Source of the DNA: Antedon mediterranea
Taxonomy: Eukaryota > Animalia > Echinodermata
Direction of reading: 5' to 3'
NCBI RefSeq assembly: GCF_964355755.1
Contig: NC_092680.1
Coordinates: 744,001 to 808,000 of the forward strand
Length of the DNA stretch: 64,000 bases
In this document: positions 61,044 through 64,000 of the stretch, one piece after another
How the letters are laid out: each line of letters begins with the position of its first letter
Position numbering within the stretch: the first letter of the stretch is position 1
The notes under the pieces: model-generated
The model's database searches: none
Seen by the model: only the letters and a program-made list of their open reading frames with translations
What the model was told of the DNA's origin: nothing
Translations under genes and position numbers: made by a program

Positions 61044-61360
61044 AGCTTGGTTCCCATAAAGCGTGGTTCCCACTAGCGACGCAACGCAAGTGAATTGACC
61101 AATCACAAGCGATGGCTTATTCGCTTGTGATTGCTAACTGTCTATAACTCCGCTTGTCATTGGTTAAAACGCTTGCGTGCGTTGCGTTGACGTCCTTGCG
61201 TTACGTTCTAGTGGGAACCAAGCTTTAGCACGCAACGCAGGTACTTAAGAAGGTCAATCACAAACGATGGAATATCCGAACTGCTGTCGAGGCTTGTCAT
61301 TAGTCAATTCGGTTGAGTCGCCCCAACGTCCTTGCGTTGCGTTCTAGTGGGAACCAAGCT
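61044..61360. mobile_element. Nested MITE B (61060-61224) inserted in the left TIR of another MITE B
   Basis: The outer copy has a TAA/TAA TSD. The inner copy is a near reverse complement of 53435-53613. Confidence 0.83.
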
Positions 61361-63918
61361 TAACTATGGATAGAACCAAAACAAACTACATCATGTTTCC
61401 CAGACCATTTTCAAGATTCCATGTAACTCATTCTTCAAAATTTACAAACCTCAATTCAATGAAACTATTAGAACTCACCACAAGTTATTATTTCTATTTT
61501 TACAGCGGGCCCTTGACCAGCTCAAGTGTTTGACACTCCATTTAGGCCAAATTGCTTTTCTTTTTATCAATATATTAAGCCAAATCGCCGCTAGACTAAA
61601 GTGGAACATGTATTTATTTGTTTTAATCTGTTGTAATTTTTCCTCACCATTTATTATCATATGATCATCACCATTATATCCTTTAATCAGAATGGTCTGA
61701 TCCAAAAATATAATTTAAATCATTCACATAAATATCAACATTTTAATCAAATAAATGGTATAAAAATAATTATTACAGACCATGTTTATGAATATTCAAA
61801 CAAAAATCCCGCTCTCAAATCCGACAACATTGTTTCTGAAATGACGTATTAGTCAAATTGATTGCCTATTTTTGCATTGTACTCATCGACCGTAATAACT
61901 GCTCGCTCGCCATCAAAGAGGCCATGCAATATACAACATGTGACAAAACCCTGTATCATTCTTCATGAAGCTATATTGTCGTTTAAACAGGTGACACGTG
62001 ACAAATTGTTACGCTCAAATATTCTCATACTCATTTTTTTACTCTCTCTCATCACTTATCTAGCAAATGTCAGAAAAAAAACCAACTGATTTGAAGAACA
62101 GGTTATTCTAAAACGGTACCGATAAAGCATCAATTAAATGTGAACGCGCCGTCTATTAATAATGGTAAAAGTTATATGATTTGAATTGCATTTAAACGGG
62201 CATATGTGGGCTTGATCTTGCAACCTCTGAAGAAAATGATATACGTGCAGAATTAAACATGAACTTCAACGATCTGATGTGTTACAATTTGACTTAATGT
62301 TGCAACTAATAGAGCGGTTCCAAAACTAATTTATTTGCATAAAGTAACAAAAATATCTGATTCAGAGAAAATGTATTTTTATTTTTTACGAATGTGTAAA
62401 TGTGTCAGAAACTATACACTGGTTTGTATTTTTGTATATTTTTGGAAATAAAGAGAATAAATTGAATATGTACATTTTCCTACTATTTTAACTTATTAAC
62501 TAAACCTGTAATTCATCTTTAACTCCAACGAACAGATTGTAATTTTTCTTTCTGTTTGTAAAACCATTATAATATTTTCAGTATTAATAATTAAAGTATG
62601 CATAATATGTACAGGCATATTTTACAAGCCTTTACATCATGATGCATGATGTTTACGACAAGTTTTTTCTTCCATAATGGAGACTATTTTTAGGTCATTA
62701 CACTGCTGGAATAATACGTATATTTGACACCGTTATGTTTCCGATGAGATAAGTTGTCGATGAATATTACATACTATATTTCAAGTCCCAGAAGGTTTCC
62801 CAACTAGATTAAAATTCAAAAGTTAAATGTATGTAGAGATGGAATGATCGATTTCCTAAGGACAAATATTGATACATCAACATATAACGGCGGCCTATCA
62901 ATGTTCAATTTGATGTCTACCGCCGACACGTTAATTAACAATGCGTTTGCGTCAACCGACGTGATATTATAATAATGCCATGTGCGTCATTTTGATTAGT
63001 AAAACGCGTTTATCAGTTTGGTAACGCATTTCCATAAGGATCAAACGCATATCGAGTGTCACTTTGCTTATCTATAATATTGTATGTGAGTGAAGTTACA
63101 CTCATCCCTGATTGTATTATAGTAAAAGTGAAAAAAAATTATCTTATTAATTATGATTGAATCTTAATCTGTAAACAAGTAGTAATACAGTTAAATTGTA
63201 TAACACACGATTCTGATATTCACGGCTGCGATGAGTCTATTAAATATGAACTGACGTATGGGTATCTTAACACATCAATTATTCTATTACACTTTAATGA
63301 TTGTGCTTTAGGCCGCATGCTGATAAAAATATCAGTTTGGTTTGTTTAAATAATGGCTTAATCTCATATACCGTGTATGTTGATTTTAAAAGATAAGGTA
63401 CATTCGTGTATGTTATTTAAGTGGTAGAGTGTCACCCCCCTACTTCGACATTTAGACGTTAATTATGTCAGTGTGCTGAGTGGTATGTTGCACAATAATA
63501 ATTTAATATCATTTTATTTTTGGTTAAATAATTTTACGAAATACCATACTCTGAGGACACCAAATGAATAAAAACTATTACAATGTAACCAATGTATTGT
63601 ATTGAAATGCCTCATTAATTTTCATTTTATTTTTGTCAGTCCGTCAAAATGTTAATTTAATAATCAATTCATTTTTTGTTTGTTTCACTGTCAATATCAG
63701 TATAATAAAAACAAAAGAGCCCTTTTGTGGAGCAACATTTTAGCGGCCATGCGATCATTTTTTTGAAACAATCAAACCGGTTTTATCTTTTTTTAACATT
63801 ATCAAACGTATATAAACATTACTTAGTGTTGCATATCAAGTATTTACACACATTGTTATTAACGTTCACATTTAGGATCTAAAGCAATTTATCCACTTTA
63901 TTGAATTTTGAATTACAG

Positions 63919-64000
63919 GTTCCTTAGAACTATTGTTAGAAAATGGATTTGAAATAGGCGATGCTCTACTGCGATCAGTCGATGCAGAATTCCAATCTGG
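63919..64000 (+). CDS. TRPC: Second TRPC paralog, coding exon 2 (runs off window)
   Basis: TTACAG acceptor; SSLELLLENGFEIGDALLRSVDAEFQS is homologous to exon 23046 ([21 protein letters not shown]). Confidence 0.87.

Overview
AT-rich, intron-rich animal genomic DNA, not prokaryotic. The HYR-domain adhesion GPCR, the divergent TRPC paralogs and frequent TAGGCCTA motifs suggest an invertebrate deuterostome, probably an echinoderm (inference). Three + strand protein-coding genes were reconstructed by hand from GT-AG junctions with consistent phases. (1) The 3' part of a HYR/GAIN/7TM adhesion GPCR (16 exons, 1-7094). (2) A complete, divergent TRPC-family channel (10 coding exons, 16336-45666, 872 aa). 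(3) The first two coding exons of a tandem TRPC paralog (52116 to beyond 64000). Introns and intergenic DNA hold many Harbinger-type MITEs (some nested), Kolobok-like and Helentron/HINE-like elements, a 5'-truncated LINE and about 10 tandem repeat arrays. The most unusual items are: a (TA)n-bounded composite in TRPC intron 4 that joins duplicated tRNA-Asp(ATC)-like cloverleafs to a minimal Penelope-type hammerhead ribozyme; ultra-short palindromes with 7-bp target duplications that resemble P/Galileo excision footprints; repeated local duplications of splice sites; and loss of conserved gating and Zn-binding residues in the TRPC. All coordinates were read by eye and repeat boundaries are approximate.
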